Of a stretch of DNA of 64,000 bases, positions 21,856 to 63,620 are shown piece after piece. Each line of letters begins with the position of its first letter. The stretch's first letter is position 1. This DNA comes from the human T2T-CHM13v2.0 reference genome, Homo sapiens. The stretch is from assembly GCF_009914755.1 (NCBI RefSeq), contig NC_060941.1. One strand, written 5' to 3'. A program made the position numbers and the translations under genes. The notes below the pieces were generated by a model. It did not search any database. It saw only the letters and a list, made by a program, of their open reading frames with translations, and was not told where the DNA came from.

Positions 21856-23727
21856 CCCCAGTTCAATAGATACACGATGCCACTGGTGTGGCAACACGTG
21901 TGTGTGGATGGAGTGAGGTGCAGAAGCAGGTGGTGGTGGGCTCTGAGAAGGGCTGATTGAATGGTCTCTTTATTCCCTTTATAAATTTTCCTCCCTTGGA
22001 AGATTGACCTTTGTAAAGAAGAAAAACATGTTAGAAGAAAAATGGAAAAGAACTCTGCATGCCCTCAGCTCAGATGCCATCTCCTCTGGGAGCTCCTCTG
22101 GCCCCTGCCAAGGCTGGATCAGATGCCCTCAGGGCACACACGATGCTGATCCAGGGCCATCTGTGGCCCAGACTCTGGGTCCCTCATGCAGCCCTCACCA
22201 CTGCTCAGGAGGCCACAGGAACAGAGGAATCACTGGCCCATTTTACAGACGGGAAAGCTGGACCCGGAGAAGTGAAGCAACTTTCCTGACTCACAGTGGG
22301 TGAGGGCCTCCCACACTCTTTCCCCTGCCCCATGCTGTTTCCAAGGGACTTCCACAGGCACAGGAAGCAGGCTGAGTGCATAGCAGGAGTACAGCGCTGC
22401 TGCCCAGGGATGGAGCAGGAGGGCCAGGGAGAGAGAGACAGGGGTGCCCCTGGTGCCCACAGAGACAGGTCTGTAAAGCCCATGAACAAACTCTCAGCAG
22501 GGCGGGGACGGGTGAATGGGGCTGGGGCCCACAACCCATACCACAGGCACCTGGTCTACACAGGTCTGTAGGCCTGTGCAGATACCTGGCTCCTTGACCA
22601 AGGAGGGTGATAAGGCCCCACCTGACCCCAGAGATTTCGCCACCTGGTTAGGTGGGCAGGAGGATAGTCTCTCTGGAGCTCTGGGTCATGGACTCTCAGA
22701 GGTAGGGAGTGAGTCAGCATGGCCAAAAGGTGGAGACCCAGTCACCCACGGATGCTTGGGATGGGCGAGCCTCCTGGGGCGAAGCCTTCTAGGGTCTAGG
22801 GTCCCACATGGTGGTCCCCGGAGGGCTTTCTGTTCTTCCAGGCCCTGCAGAGGAGACCAAGGCTCAGCTGGCAGCTGTGGGGCCAGATTCTCCTCTTTGC
22901 CTAGGGGAGAGCCCCCGCAGCACCCCTTGAGAGCCCCTGGGGACCTGCCTGGGGCACACCCTGGCCCCCAGGAAGCCCGGCTCTGGGAGCACTGCAGCCA
23001 GGATGGAGGAGGCAGTCTTCAGAGAGGCACTGTCTAGGCCAGCCCTGTGGGGAGGGAAGGCCAGATGGGGGAACCTGGAGGGGCTTGTGAACTGGTTCCT
23101 GACCCTAGAAACCCAGCAGAGGTGGACTCGAAGCCCATTCTGGGGAGAAGGCACCGGCAGGCTTCTCCGCCTGAGGTCTGCCCTCCTGAGGGTGCCAGGA
23201 GAGCACAGCCCTGGGAAGACTGTAGCCTGGGCTGTGACCTGAGGACTAGGAAGCGTTTATGACAGACATGGAGAGGCCTAAGTCCCTGCTGAAGCCCAGC
23301 ATCACATCCCATTCCTGAGCACCAAAGGCCCCAGGCCCTGGGTAAGAGAAGCTTCCTAAAGGGCATCCTGAGGGCCCCGCCCTGATCACCTCTTCTTTGG
23401 AGAATTTCAGGAGGGAGGCTGGCATGGGCCAGACAACTGGCTGGACAGGGAAGAGGTGGGAATATCTGGACCTCGCCTGCCTCTCGCCACACTCCCCGCT
23501 TCCCTCCTCACTGTAGCCAAAGTTCTCCCTGTGCTTTCCACCGACAGTTCATGGCCTGTGCGTGCTATTCCTTCTGTCTGGAACGCCCTTTTCCCCTTTG
23601 CTTCCCCTTTCTAATTCGTCATTTTTCAGGTCTCACCTTAGAAGTCACTTCCTCCAGGAAGTCCTTCCTGCCTTGTCCTCCTCTGATCTGGGCTGGATGT
23701 AAGCCTCTGTGCTTCCAGGACGTCCTG

Positions 23728-23973
23728 CCTCTCACCCTCACCCCCGGATGGAGTTGCTGGTTTTCCCACCTGTCTCCCTCTCACCCTCACCCCCGGATGG
23801 AGTTGCTGGCATTCCCACCTATCTCCCCTCTCACCCTCACCCCCGGATGGAGTTGCTGGCATTCCCACCTATCTCCCCTCTCACCCTCACCCCCGGATGG
23901 AGTTGCTGGCTTTCCAACCTATCTCCCTCTCACCCTCACCCCCGGATGGAGTTGCTGGCTTTCCCACTTGTCT
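23728..23973. repeat. VNTR, 5 copies of a 49-50 bp unit (CTCTCACCCTCACCCCCGGATGGAGTTGCTGGCATTCCCACCTATCTCCC)
   Basis: CTCACCCTCA recurs at 23731, 23780, 23830, 23880, 23929. Confidence 0.95.
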
Positions 23974-24220
23974 TCCCTGCCAGGCCAGAGGCTTCCAGCG
24001 GGTCGGCCCTGGCTCTGCCCTGCTCAGTGTTGGAGCCCACATGCCTTGCCAGGTGTGCAGTGCTTAGTATGTTCTCAGTCCATGTTTTTGAGTGAACAAA
24101 TAGATACGTGAAAAAAAACCCAAAATCACCCCCAAAAGATGTGATCATTTCCCAGGCCCAATGGGAAGATCTCTGCCCATGTTTCCTCCAAGTGGACGCC
24201 TTGCCCTGGGCACTGCCCCC

Positions 24221-24430
24221 GTGTGTGTGTGTGTGTGCACGACTGCCTGCATGTGTGTACATTTGTGTGCATGTGCATGTGTGTGCAAGTCTGTGCATTT
24301 GTGTGTACATTTATGTGTGTGGGTGTGTGTGCGCATGTGTATGTGTGTATTCATGTGTGTGTGTTCGTGTGTGTTCATGTGTATGTGTGTGTGTTCGTGT
24401 GTGTGTGTGTGTGTGTTCGTGTGCATGCAC
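24221..24430. repeat. Degenerate (TG)n tract
   Basis: Direct reading of the sequence. Confidence 0.95.
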
Positions 24431-24444
24431 GTAAAGGGTGCTCA

Positions 24445-24720
<276 letters not shown>

Positions 24721-27199
24721 TCACTTACCTGAGGGGCTATCTTCATTTTACAGATGGGGAAACTGAGGCTCAGGGAGATGAGGGGATTTGGCTAGGGTCA
24801 CCCAGCTTGTAAATGGTACAGTCAAGCTCTGAACCCAGTTTATCTGACTCCCAAACCCACTCTCCCTCTAAGGGCAAGGGTCGCTGCCCCCTCCCCAACC
24901 ATGCTGAGATGAGGGAGGGACTGCTTTGGTTAACGCCCCCTCCCTCTGGGCCTCACAGATCAGGGTCTCTGGGTTCAGGAACCCTTGGAGCTCTTTCCCC
25001 AGAGTTGTTTCCTGGCCATGCCCATCCTATTCCTGGAGTCAGAGTGCCACAGCAGACACATCTGAGCCGAGGGCTCCCTGTGACCTTCCTCCCTCTCCCA
25101 CAGAGGCAGCCTTCCAAGTTTTCTACCCCCGACTACACAGTGGAGCTGAAGAGCACCACTCTCTGCTGGGCCCCTAAAACAAATCCAGTAAGAAGAACGT
25201 GCTGGAGGTGAGTGGTGGGGGTGGGGAGAAGGAGGGAAGGGGCTTAGTGATGCCTGCCAGCCCTCTGAAACTAGTGACCTGGAAATGACCTGGGGGTTTT
25301 TGACCCTTAATTCCCTATGAGCCAACACTGAGTGCAGCTTTTGGCTGTATTAATAGAGGTAAGAGTCCAGAGCCAGAGAGGTGATATTGGTGCAGTTGCT
25401 GGCAGTGCTCTGGGACCCTTACTGTAGGCAAGCCCCAAGTAGGAGGACCTGGGAAGAATTGGGGCTACCATTCTCAGGGCTCAAGGCCAAAGCTGCATCC
25501 CCGCCCCAGGGGACCTGTCCTGTGTTTCTAGCATCACAGATTCTGCAGTTCCCCCTCCAGGAGCTGAGTTAATAATAATCCTTGCCCTGGAGGGTGGTGA
25601 GGAGTAGGGCCTCTGGAAGAGGAAATTCTCATGCCTAGAATGGCAGCCCTCGTCCCAGCCTGAGAGAGACAGGAGGCTCCGTGTCCTTGGCTGCTTACTG
25701 TGACAGGCCTGGTTGGGAAACCTCTTTCTCCCCAGGTGCCCTTCCCTGTCCCTGAGCCAAAGCCCCATTTCTGTCTGGACTGCATCCCCAGTGAATAAAC
25801 CGGGGCAGTGGGCAAGACTACCAGGTTACCCCCACAGGAAGGGAGAGAAGACCCAGGATGGGTACTCCCAATGCCACACCCTTCACTGTCCACGTCTTAT
25901 CTTGTTTTTAAACTACTCTTACCCTGACCTCAGTCCCTAGAAGGTTTGAGGCAGATCACAACAGAAACACACGTGGTGAACTGGCAAATTCACTGAAAAG
26001 CCAGGACCACAAAAAACAAGTTAGAGATGGGACTCAAGATGGAGAGGAATTAGGGGGCAGATGATGTACAGGTGCTAAGGTGTGGTTGCTGAAGAAAATT
26101 TAGCTCTGACTTTCCTGCTAGGTAAGGTGAAAAGAGAGGGGCTATCAGGTGCATGTCTCTTTGTTGTTGAAAAAATAATAAAACCCACCCAGATGTTGAG
26201 GGAATCAAAGCTTTTTCCTAACCCTTCGCTCTTAAATTTCTTGTGTGTAGCTCTGTGAACATGGGATCTAGAAGGACAAGTCAGGTACCCTGCAAAACAC
26301 CTCCAGGGAGGTTTAATGGGGCTGCTTCAGGTGGCATTATTATGATGAAGGCCAGCAGCATGACCTCATGTCTCAGCTCAGAAAAAGCAATTCTGCAAAG
26401 AACCTGACTGTGTAGTTTCTTGATTATTCACCAAGCTCCATTCAGTTCTAGAACCAGGATATCTACAAAGCAAAGTTGGAAAACTGGTTTCATCTCATGA
26501 GCTACTCTGATGACTAGGTCTGGAGTCTTGTGGGGTTTTGTTTTTATTTTTTGTTTCTGTTTTTGTTTTTGTTTTTAGAGACAAGGGAGCTTGGGTTTCC
26601 TTTCTACCCAGCAGGCATGGCTCAGTGGCAGACACCAACCACTGGCATCTGGGTTGTATTTCATAATTTGCACAGTACTTGCAGAACCTTGTCTCATTTA
26701 AGCTTTGTAATAACCCCACAAAAATAGCTGGTAGTAGCTGAATTTTACAGACACTGAAATGGAAGCTTGAAGAAATTAGGTGAAGGTCAGGGTGAGGCAG
26801 CTAGTGAGCAGCAGAGCCCGCCCTCTGGTCCCAAGGCCCAGGGACCCTTCTGCCTGCCCCTGGGGGAGTCAGGGCCTTTGCCTTTTGCCCAGGGCACACC
26901 CACTGGCCGCTCCCACTGGCCCCCCGCTGTGGAGACACCTCTACACTGTAAGAACTATCCAACCAAGGGGGCCAAAGCCAGCCTTGCTCCACAGTCCTGA
27001 GGCATCAGACACTGTGCAGACTGCCCTGCCCCCTGCTGGCTGCCTGTCTGCTTCCCGTGGCCAGCCCTGACCGCGGCCCCTGTCCCCCAGCCACTTATTG
27101 CTCGCCACAGCCCCTACTCTGCTGCTTCCATTCTGGGGCCCGAGTGGACGGGTGGACCTAGAGGAGGCTGGCATTGCTGAGCCAGCAGCAGGGACACTA

Positions 27200-27794
<595 letters not shown>

Positions 27795-28505
27795 TCATCG
27801 GGCTGGATTTGCTCGGAGCTACAGGTGGAATCAAGAGTTCTCTATAATCATCACTTGCACAGCGTAGTTTTCAGGGAAATATTTTCCTATTTGACAGGTG
27901 AAACAGTATTTTTCACCTGCCTGTAGGCAGTTTTGAGACAATATAGTACTTTTCCAGAAGTGCTTCCCTGAATGACTGCGCACGATTATGATGACATTCT
28001 GGAATGGGGTTTTATAACACTTGTGGGAACACGCTGCCCCTTTAGCAATGGAAAACAGGACTTCAGAGCTGCCTTCTGAAAGGCCTGGTCCCTGCAGATG
28101 GAACCCACCTGGGACCCTCCTGGTCACCTACCCATCTGCCTCCAGTGTACCACCCGGAAGCTCTTATGCCCCTGTGCGGGGGCTGCCTGGGGGCATTAGA
28201 CCAAGCATGTGTGCCTTCCCCAGGAAGCAGGCAAACCAAGGAAGCAGGCAAACCCAGATCTGAATGCCAGCCACACCACTTCATCACTCTGTGACCGGAC
28301 AGGTTTCCTAACCTCTCTGAGCACCCATTTCTTCAGCTGTAAAATAATGATAGTTCTTACAGTGTGTTGTTGTAAAGATTAATTAGTAGGGGGAGTTCTG
28401 AGTGGTGGAAATATGAGTGGTGGTTATTCTTGACTTTGTGCCTACCTTTAAAAAAAATTAACAGATCCTTTCCACCACAGAAGCTCCCAAGTTACTAGGA
28501 GCTGA

Positions 28506-28832
<327 letters not shown>

Positions 28833-28995
28833 TGACGTGGGGGAGCTAACCAAGAGAAAAGCTTGGTGCCTGTCCACAGCCCTGGGCAGAGCTCCGTCGG
28901 TGGCTGTCTTGGTCCCCAGGAGGGAGTCTGAGGATGGTTTCCTGCAGCTACAGACATAACCGCTTAAGGCACCAGCAGATAAATGACTGATTAGG

Positions 28996-28996
<1 letters not shown>

Positions 28997-29047
<51 letters not shown>

Positions 29048-29352
29048 TAGGCAGGTGGATGGTGGATGAGTGGATGGGTAGGTGGATGGTTACCTGGGCA
29101 GGTGAATGAGTAAATGGGTAGGTGGATGAGTGGATGGGTTGGTGGGTAGGTGGATCAGTAGGTAGATGGGTAGATAGGTGGGTGAACGGGTAGATAGCTA
29201 GATGGGTAGGTGGATGGGTAGGTAGATGGGTAGATGGGTGGGTGATTGTGTAGATGGCTAGCTGGGTAGATGGGTAGGTGGATGGGTAGATGGGTGGGCA
29301 GTGTGTAGATGGGTGGGTGGATGGGTGAATCGGTAAGTGGATGGGTAGATGG
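28997..29352. repeat. (GATA)n/(GACA)n microsatellite followed by a degenerate (GGAT/GGTA)n G-rich tract
   Basis: Direct reading of the sequence. Confidence 0.95.
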
Positions 29353-30401
29353 GCTGGCCAGCGAGCTGGCTATACCTTGGAGCAGTCATCCTTAAAGACT
29401 ATCAAGTAGGCGTATCCATGAATTAATGACGAGGAACCAAGAAGATAGTAAATGACAAAGCTAAATGCAGTAGCAAAGCTGATACAAGGTGACATGGAGC
29501 TCAAAGAAGGAGCAGATTTTTAATAATATGTCTAAAGCAATAGTTTCATAAATGCAATTGTTAGCTTAGAGGAAGTAATAATGACCCACATGGTGAATGG
29601 TACATGGTAGAATGCATAGCTTTCTATGATTCTATAGCAAGCTGAAGAAAGAGAAAAAAGAACGTGCACTGTGGTAGACTATAAAAAACTGCTTCAACAA
29701 AATTTTCAACTGAAATTGGTCTTCCAGACCTTTCTCCACCCCTTTATCCTGAATGGGCTTCTATAAAATCCCCAACAAATAGAATATACAGAGAATGACA
29801 GTGTAGGATTTCTGAGGATAAGTCATAAAAGTTAATACAGCTCACTGTCTCTATTGAAGCTTGTTGTGGAATTTAGTACCAGGTATAAGGAAGCCAATGC
29901 CATGCAGAAAGTCAGCATGTAAGTCTTCCAACAGATAGCATCAGCTAACATCTAAGCCAATGGCTGGCATCAACTTCCAGATTTGTGAGTAAGCAATCTT
30001 TAGACAATTCTAGCAACAAGTCTTTGCAATACCCCCCCAATGACCATGATCAGAGCAAAATCAAAATAAAATTGCTGCTTTATGAAAATAAACGTTGTCA
30101 TTGTTTTAAGCCACTTAATTTACGGTTAGTTTATTACAAAGAAATAGATGACCAGTAAAAACTTTGAGTAGTGAAGATGTAAGAGCAGTAAGGATTAAAA
30201 GTGCTGAAAGAACTGGAAGTGAACAGCAGAGGAGGAAAAGTTAAGAAACAAATGAGAGCTCCTGAGAATGTCAAAAACAGAGAGATTTGCATTTTGGCTG
30301 AGGATAAGAAGAATATAGATCAAAGGCATAGAGAAAAAATGTGCTTGAAATATAGACTAAACTCCCAGAGTTTCAGCTATTGATAAAATTCAGATTTTTT
30401 T

Positions 30402-36099
<5,698 letters not shown>

Positions 36100-36378
36100 T
36101 CAAAATAGGATTAAAGTTCAATTATTAAACATGAAGAAAGTTATATCTGATTTAGCTCCTGCCTGCTTTTCTTTCCATGAACCAAATTCTATTCTTCATA
36201 AATTCTACCCACTGGTGAGTGTTATGCAAATGGAGAAATATGTACTTTACATTGGAAAATAATCTGTCTACCCTCTGATTTAAACTGCTAACTATTTTAA
36301 ATGTCTTACACTATTCTCTGCTAGTCAGATTGGATCTCTTGTTATCTGTCCAAAATGGTAACTGAAGTTACTGAACTG

Positions 36379-37272
<894 letters not shown>

Positions 37273-37793
37273 ACATTTCCTTGCATTGATCAAAAATACA
37301 CCTTTAAAATTTAGCAATAAATCTTATACAATTACAATGAATCACTTTCTAATGGATGCACAAATCTTATATAACGTTTTCAAATTTGGGATTACAATGA
37401 AGAATAAATTTTCATGTGGCTTTAGATTAGATTTTAATTCTTAATTTTACTTTTATAATGTTTGAAAATTAAGTTTGACCTCATGGCTAATTATTCTTAG
37501 ATATACTCTATTTCACAATATTTGAGATATCTGAAAAATCAAGAATTTGTTTTTCTAAGAGCTCTTTAGTTTTGAAATAGGATTGTCATACTCTACACCA
37601 TAATTATTTGCAGTCTTAAAGTAAATTTGTATTAGAAGTGGGTTATTAAACTGCTTTAGGTATGACAACTATAGTATTCCAAATGATATGAATTCCAAAA
37701 TTCTGTTTGGAATGAAATTCAGGAGCAACGAGAATTTGACATAAAGGCTAGTTTTATAATAATCATCGGTTGATAAGGCATTAGAAATATTAA

Positions 37794-38098
<305 letters not shown>

Positions 38099-38300
38099 CG
38101 AAATATTAATTTTCTGTACTTTTACTATGACTCATTAGAACATAATCTCAATTATGAATCCAGATTCATATATAAAATAATATATATTAATATGCACAGT
38201 TGATCATTGTGGAAAATATACATATATTAATTTCTGAAGAGTTTTGAAGAAACCAATAATAAAATATTAGAAAATATGTATGAAATAACCAGATAGATGG

Positions 38301-38538
38301 TGTATTAGAAGGAGGAGCAAGTCACGTCTTACATGGATGGCAGCAGGCAAAGACAGAGAGCTTGTGCAGAGGAACTCCTTTTTTTAAAACCATCAGATCT
38401 CGTGAGACTTATTCACTATCATGAGAATAGCACAGGAAAGACCTGCCCCCATGATTCAATTACCTCCTACCAGGTCCCTCCCACAACATGTGGGAATTCC
38501 AGGTGAGACTTGGGTGGGGACACAGTCAAGCCATATCA
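38301..38538 (-). mobile_element. THE1-type MaLR solo LTR with an internal deletion, TSD GATGG
   Basis: TGTATTAG...AAAACCATCAGATCTCGTGAGACTTATTCACTATCATGAGAA...CCATATCA; GATGG on both sides. Confidence 0.85.
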
Positions 38539-39466
38539 GATGGATAGATATAGAAATATTTTATACATCTTTTAAATGTGATGCTTCCTGTACACTTTTG
38601 GCACAGGCTGTAGGTCTCAAAATAATGCAAAAAGTACCCCTATTATAGTTACTGAACCTTCACAGGGCAATCATTCTAGTTTTCTCAGGATAGTACTAGT
38701 TTATGCTCATGGAGTAGAAGATAGAATATTGCCGAAGTATCAGTTGTCTCCATTGGAGCCAAACTTGAAGAAGCTGTGTGATAAGACTTAATGGGGAGCT
38801 GGGTGCAGTGGCTCACGCCTGTAATCCCAGCACTTTTGGAGGCTGAGGCGGGCGGATCACCTGAGGTCAGGAGTTTGAGACCAGCCTGGCCAACATGGTG
38901 GAACCCTCTCTCTATTAAAAATACAAAAATTATCCAGGCATGGTGGCACGCAAGGCAATTATCTATAAACCCTGTGACAAGACTGGTAGCCTCAATTCTC
39001 CTAAGTAACATAAACATAACTCATAATTTCCTGTGGTTCCTACTGACCAAGCTCACTGGCAGCCAGGAAGCCTTGGCTGGAAGAGCAGTATTATTAGTAA
39101 CCTTCTCTTCATACCAACTGAAATAAGGAGGAATTAGCTAGTTTTTGGCTGCTTGGGTCTTCAAAGTCCTACAAGCTGCCCTCGAATAATTGATACGATA
39201 CAATTTGCATCTGGAAAGCATTGAAAAAGAGAGGTAGGTTATCACTGGTTACATTACCATATTATCCTCATGTTAAAAAATAATTTTCTGCTTATGTATA
39301 TCTCTATAGTTCACACTCCTAGAAAAGATGATGGCAGAATTTAAAGCACCAAGTGGTGATTTATCAAACCCATCCCTATTTATTTTAACGCAACTATAAA
39401 TAATAGTACTTGGTTAAAAAATCCAGGACGAATGGTATATATATGTATATATATGTATTTTTTTAT

Positions 39467-39580
39467 CTGAAAATTGTTCATCACATTCACAAATGAAACT
39501 ATTTGAAGTAATGTTGCTGCATTTTCCACGGAAACAGATATGTGGTTGACATCGGCCAATTATTTCTGAGCAATTCATTC
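39467..39580 (-). pseudogene. EYS: EYS-derived EGF-like exon, 114 nt; acceptor intact, donor GT>AT
   Basis: GMNCSEIIGRCQPHICFRGKCSNITSNSFICECDEQFS versus recalled EYS GKNCSEIIGQCQPHVCFHGNCSNITSNSFICECDEQFSG. Confidence 0.88.
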
Positions 39581-40562
39581 CTATAACAATGAAAAAAGGT
39601 TTATTTACATTGCATGTCAATATTATAATCATCAGTTTTCCCTCAATTCTTTAATAAAAATGTCAAATTCTGACAAATATAATTTCAGTTATGAAACCAT
39701 GTTATATGATGCTGCATTTAAATTGAAATAAAAATTAATTTTGATACTTTACATAAGTTTTTCCTCTTCTGACCCCAGACTATAATATCCAAATATTTTT
39801 TCTGGCTAGTGGTATTTGAACTTTATTTAATTTACATAATATTTTAAAATTTTAATTGTTTTTTCATGGTAGATAATATTAGTACATGTAAGTACCAGTT
39901 TTTCAACTTACACTGATAATATTGCAGTGGTAATTTACAAAGTGACACATTCAAATGTGCATTGTGTCTCACCCTTATGCCCTAGCCAAAGGAACAATTC
40001 AAAATGAGAAACAGCTGCCTGGATTTTCAGAATATGTGCACAAACTTGCAAATTCAACACTTCTTTGCCCTTGCTGGCCTATCAAATTTTCCAAATCTCA
40101 CTTACACATACTATTGTGGTCCCACTATATCAGGTGACATAGCCTTCCATAACATACTTGTACTATGCATATTTAATCATCTTATAATACGCTTAGTAGA
40201 GGAATGTGCCTTGGAAATCTCAGGGCATAGCAAGTGGACAAATGCTGTTACAAAACAACTGCATGTAATTTGGCAATATGCTTTTTTCCTCAGTTTAATT
40301 AAGCTCTTAATTTAATTTATAAGCAGCTTTTGCCATTATCACTGATGTCTTTCCAATTCCTTATATACTGACATCCCTGCCTCACTAATGCGGAACTCTT
40401 CTTTCTTCATTTACCTCCAAGCAATCCTAAACATAATGAAAATATAAATAATGAAATTATAAATAAAAATCATTATGTTTCAAAATGTTTTCCAAACATA
40501 AAAACTAAATTAACAGTAGAATGCTTAATAGTCCATGCCCTAATTACCTAATTAAACCTTAG

Positions 40563-40770
40563 TGAGTTTTATGAGCTAAATTGTGCCCACCCACCCCCAC
40601 CAAATTCACATGTTGAAGTCCTAACCCTCAGTATCTTACAGTATCCATATTTGGAGACAACGTCTTTAGAGAAGTACACAATTAAGGTTAAATAAGGTCA
40701 GTAGGGTGCGTCCTAATCCAATGTGACTGGCGTGCTTCTAAGAGGAGAACATTTACACACAGACACACAC
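40563..40770. mobile_element. MLT1-type LTR fragment cut at a junction
   Basis: AAATTCACATGTTGAAGTCCTAACCCTCAGTATC...TAATCCAATGTGACTGGCGTGCTTCTAAGAGGAGA. Confidence 0.7.
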
Positions 40771-40771
40771 A

Positions 40772-52992
<12,221 letters not shown>

Positions 52993-53374
52993 TTACTCGG
53001 CTGCTGCAGGCTTGTGTCCTCATGCATGAAATGGACTAAACAATCTCCACATTATTAATGCTTTACGACTCCGCTTTCCAAAAATGGAAATGCATTTGAA
53101 GACAATACCAGGCCCTTGAAAATGAAGACGGGAGGGTAAAAAACAAGCTGCAACAGAGAACAGTATCAAGCTTTTAAAGAAACAAGTTAACACCGAAGCC
53201 AGAGGCCTTTAATGTAGACATTAAACGGTGTCTACATACACCCTTTCAGCTTGAATGTCAGCACCGGCTGTACTGACAGAAGATTTACATGACCTTTTCC
53301 TGAAATAAGCCTTCCTCTCCTAGTAACTCAATACCACGGGTACATTTTTCCAGGTACACTAGAGTTGGGTACTG

Positions 53375-53695
53375 CTCTAGAGCTGCACTGTCCAATACAG
53401 TAGCCACAAGCCACATGGGGCTGTTGAGCACTTGAAAATGTGGCCAGTTGGAAGTAAGACGTACTGCAAGTGTAACATACATACAGGAATTTGAAGACGG
53501 TAAAAAAAAAAAGGATATAAAATATTCAGCATTGATATTGATTGAAATAATATTTTGGATGCACTGGATTAAATAGAATATACTATTAAAATTAACTCCA
53601 CCTGCTTCTTTATGCATTTGCTAATACGACTACTAGAAACATTAAGCTTACATAGGTGGCTTGTATTATATTTCTATTGGACGGTGCCATTCTAG
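53375..53695. mobile_element. MER3/MER33-like hAT element
   Basis: CTAGAGCTGCACTGTCCAATACAGTAGCCAC...ATTGGACGGTGCCATTCTAG. Confidence 0.7.
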
Positions 53696-53784
53696 ATATC
53701 CGAATCTACAAAGTGACTGAGATTCAAACTCTTCAATGAAGCACTTTTTAAATGCTCTACTTGAGAATTAATTCCACTCACTGC

Positions 53785-54165
53785 TCTGCTGCCGTCGCGG
53801 TCCTGACTTTCCAAGGCTGTGCCCAGAGCGCGGCACACGTGGCTCTCACACAGGCAGGCCTGCACGGCACGCAGCAGTGGAGGAGGTTACCCTGGGTCGC
53901 CGACGCCAGGGGAAGCCAAGCGACCGACCCCACACTTCTGAGCCCCGCCGGGGAAGTCCCCGGGCGCGGAAACAGGTGGTGCGCCGGCGGTTCGCAGCTG
54001 CTGTGCCCGCTGGCCTGGGCGCAGCCGGGGACAGCGACGCGTTTCCTGCCCGGGAAGGGCCCGAGCGCAGGGCCGGCTATAGCGGTCCCGCAGCTGCCTG
54101 CTTCGATTTTAGCACTGCTGCTCCCTAGAGGGAGCAACGCGGCCCTCTGTCCCTCGTAGGGCTTG
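53785..54165 (-). promoter_or_regulatory. Small CpG island; probable duplicated ARSG upstream promoter/non-coding first exon (candidate donor CAGG|GTAACC, exon end 53891)
   Basis: CpG-rich; its position between the AMZ2 3' end and the SLC16A6 3' end matches the recalled parental gene order AMZ2-ARSG(5')-SLC16A6. Confidence 0.55.
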
Positions 54166-56190
54166 AAATGTAAATTATTCATATCAGGGGAATGTGTGCT
54201 TCAAAAAGCAAGCTGGACAAGAACCGACGGGTAATCCTCGCCAAATTCTTCTATTTAACCCTCACCATTAAAAGTCTGAGGCCTGAAAAATCTCTTGACT
54301 GGAGAGATATTAACTCCACAGGTAAACGGGATCAGGATCTACGACATAAATGAATCAAATTCACTGATTTCTAAGATTATTTAGACAGTAGAAAATTATT
54401 AATCCTTTTTATTAGTTCAATACTTCATTCAGCATTTGCAGAGCAAAATCTGCTTGGATTTATTTAGTGAAAATTATCTTCTAAAACTACAAAGATTTAA
54501 CCACAGTACATAAAATTTAGTTGCAGTAGGCAAATTATATTTTTAAGCTGAACCCTAAGAAATTGTCCAAAAATATGTACAATAGTTATGCACAGCACTT
54601 ATGATTGCTGAATAAATGCATCATATAAAATTTAGTTCAGTTTTTAGCAAGAGTGAACGATTTCTTAGATGATTTTTCTCCTGGTCTCATAGTGCAGAGT
54701 ATTCACAAATGGACCTTATATCTTCTCCAGACAACCGTCATCCCCAATTTATTCACCTAGGCAAATCTTAGTTCAAAAGAGTTTGTGAGAAAGGCTGACC
54801 TACAGGACTAAAACCGTGCTTACATTGTAGGAAAATAAAAGAAAATGTAATCGAATGGACAATAATTTTTAAAGCACATTATTCAAGGAGGAATAAGCCC
54901 TGTAACAGAATCCATAAAACACCATGCTCCATCAGTCTCTTTTTGCTAACAGAATGACCAAGTATTCTCTCCAATTAATTTTAATAGCAAACCACCATTT
55001 CCTAAAATGACTTAAATGGGTTCAATCAAGTAGGAGAATGAATCCAAGGGAAACCACTGACTAGGGGTATAAAATGTGCCTTACATCATATTGCATACAT
55101 CAAACAATCAAAGAATTTAGGCTTCAAATTACAAGAAAAAAAAATACCTTTAAGTCTTACCCTCAAGGTAAGATAGGAAAGTGGGAAATGCTGTCTGCTC
55201 ACTGGCATTCCATAAAATATTCACTGTAATTTCTGGATTTCCAAGACACATCTATCTAGCAGAGGTGGTTTGTCAAGTCTGAGCTTTTCCACCTGTCCAC
55301 CCCTGTAGCAATGGGGCTGATGTTCACAACCTGCAGACCATCATCAGCATTCATGGCACCCCGACAGATAACCCCATTAAACTCTCTCCCTGACTCAGGT
55401 AAACACTTCACAATGTGAGAAGGTGAGAAAGACATTATTACTGAAATAAACCTGAAAGCTGCTCTAAGTCTATAGAGAAAGTGTAACACTCACAAATATA
55501 AATACCATTACACACTATTTGTAAGATCCCTCATAAATGACTATGTTATAGCTGAGACCTGCAACGGAACTCCCACCACCAAATGTTGTGGTAGTGTAAG
55601 GACCATTGTTATTTTCACTTGCAAATATTCCTGAGAGGTCGTATTTTAAGCTGCTAAAAACTAAAACAGGAATAAGGTGACAACCAGCAAAAGAAAAAAA
55701 ATGAGCTAATGCACTCGAGAGAGTAAGGAAGGCTCACGGAAGAGGAGGGCTGTGGTGATCAGAGTCCACGGACGTCCAAAAATGTGACTTGGCTGGTCCT
55801 AACAGAGGGGAGCAGCTCTTCTAAAAACAAAATCACCCCCTGGAAATTATGTTGGTTGGTTCCTTGGGGCATCTACAGTTCTTTTTCAAGTTATTTACTT
55901 GCTCATTACCGCCAGTCCCAGCTTTCTTGGGAGACCTAAACATATTTGGGGAATGGAAATAATGTGCTTGCTGCCACAGACCAGGCCAGTAAGATGAGAA
56001 GATAAAGAGTTTCTAGAGTTTTTATTATTCAAAATGAGTTTCATTTCAATTCAGGTACTTGAAAGAAGGTTCTAGTCTGTTACTTTGACACAGCACAAGA
56101 TCAATAGTTTATTCTGATGAAGTATTCCACCCAAATGAAAGCATAACATGCAAGTAGTCATTTATTTCAATCACTCCTATTTGAAGGTCC

Positions 56191-63620
<7,430 letters not shown>

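Noticed and set aside
23728-23973. CRISPR-like repeat array
   Set aside because: Contiguous tandem units without unique spacers, in primate DNA
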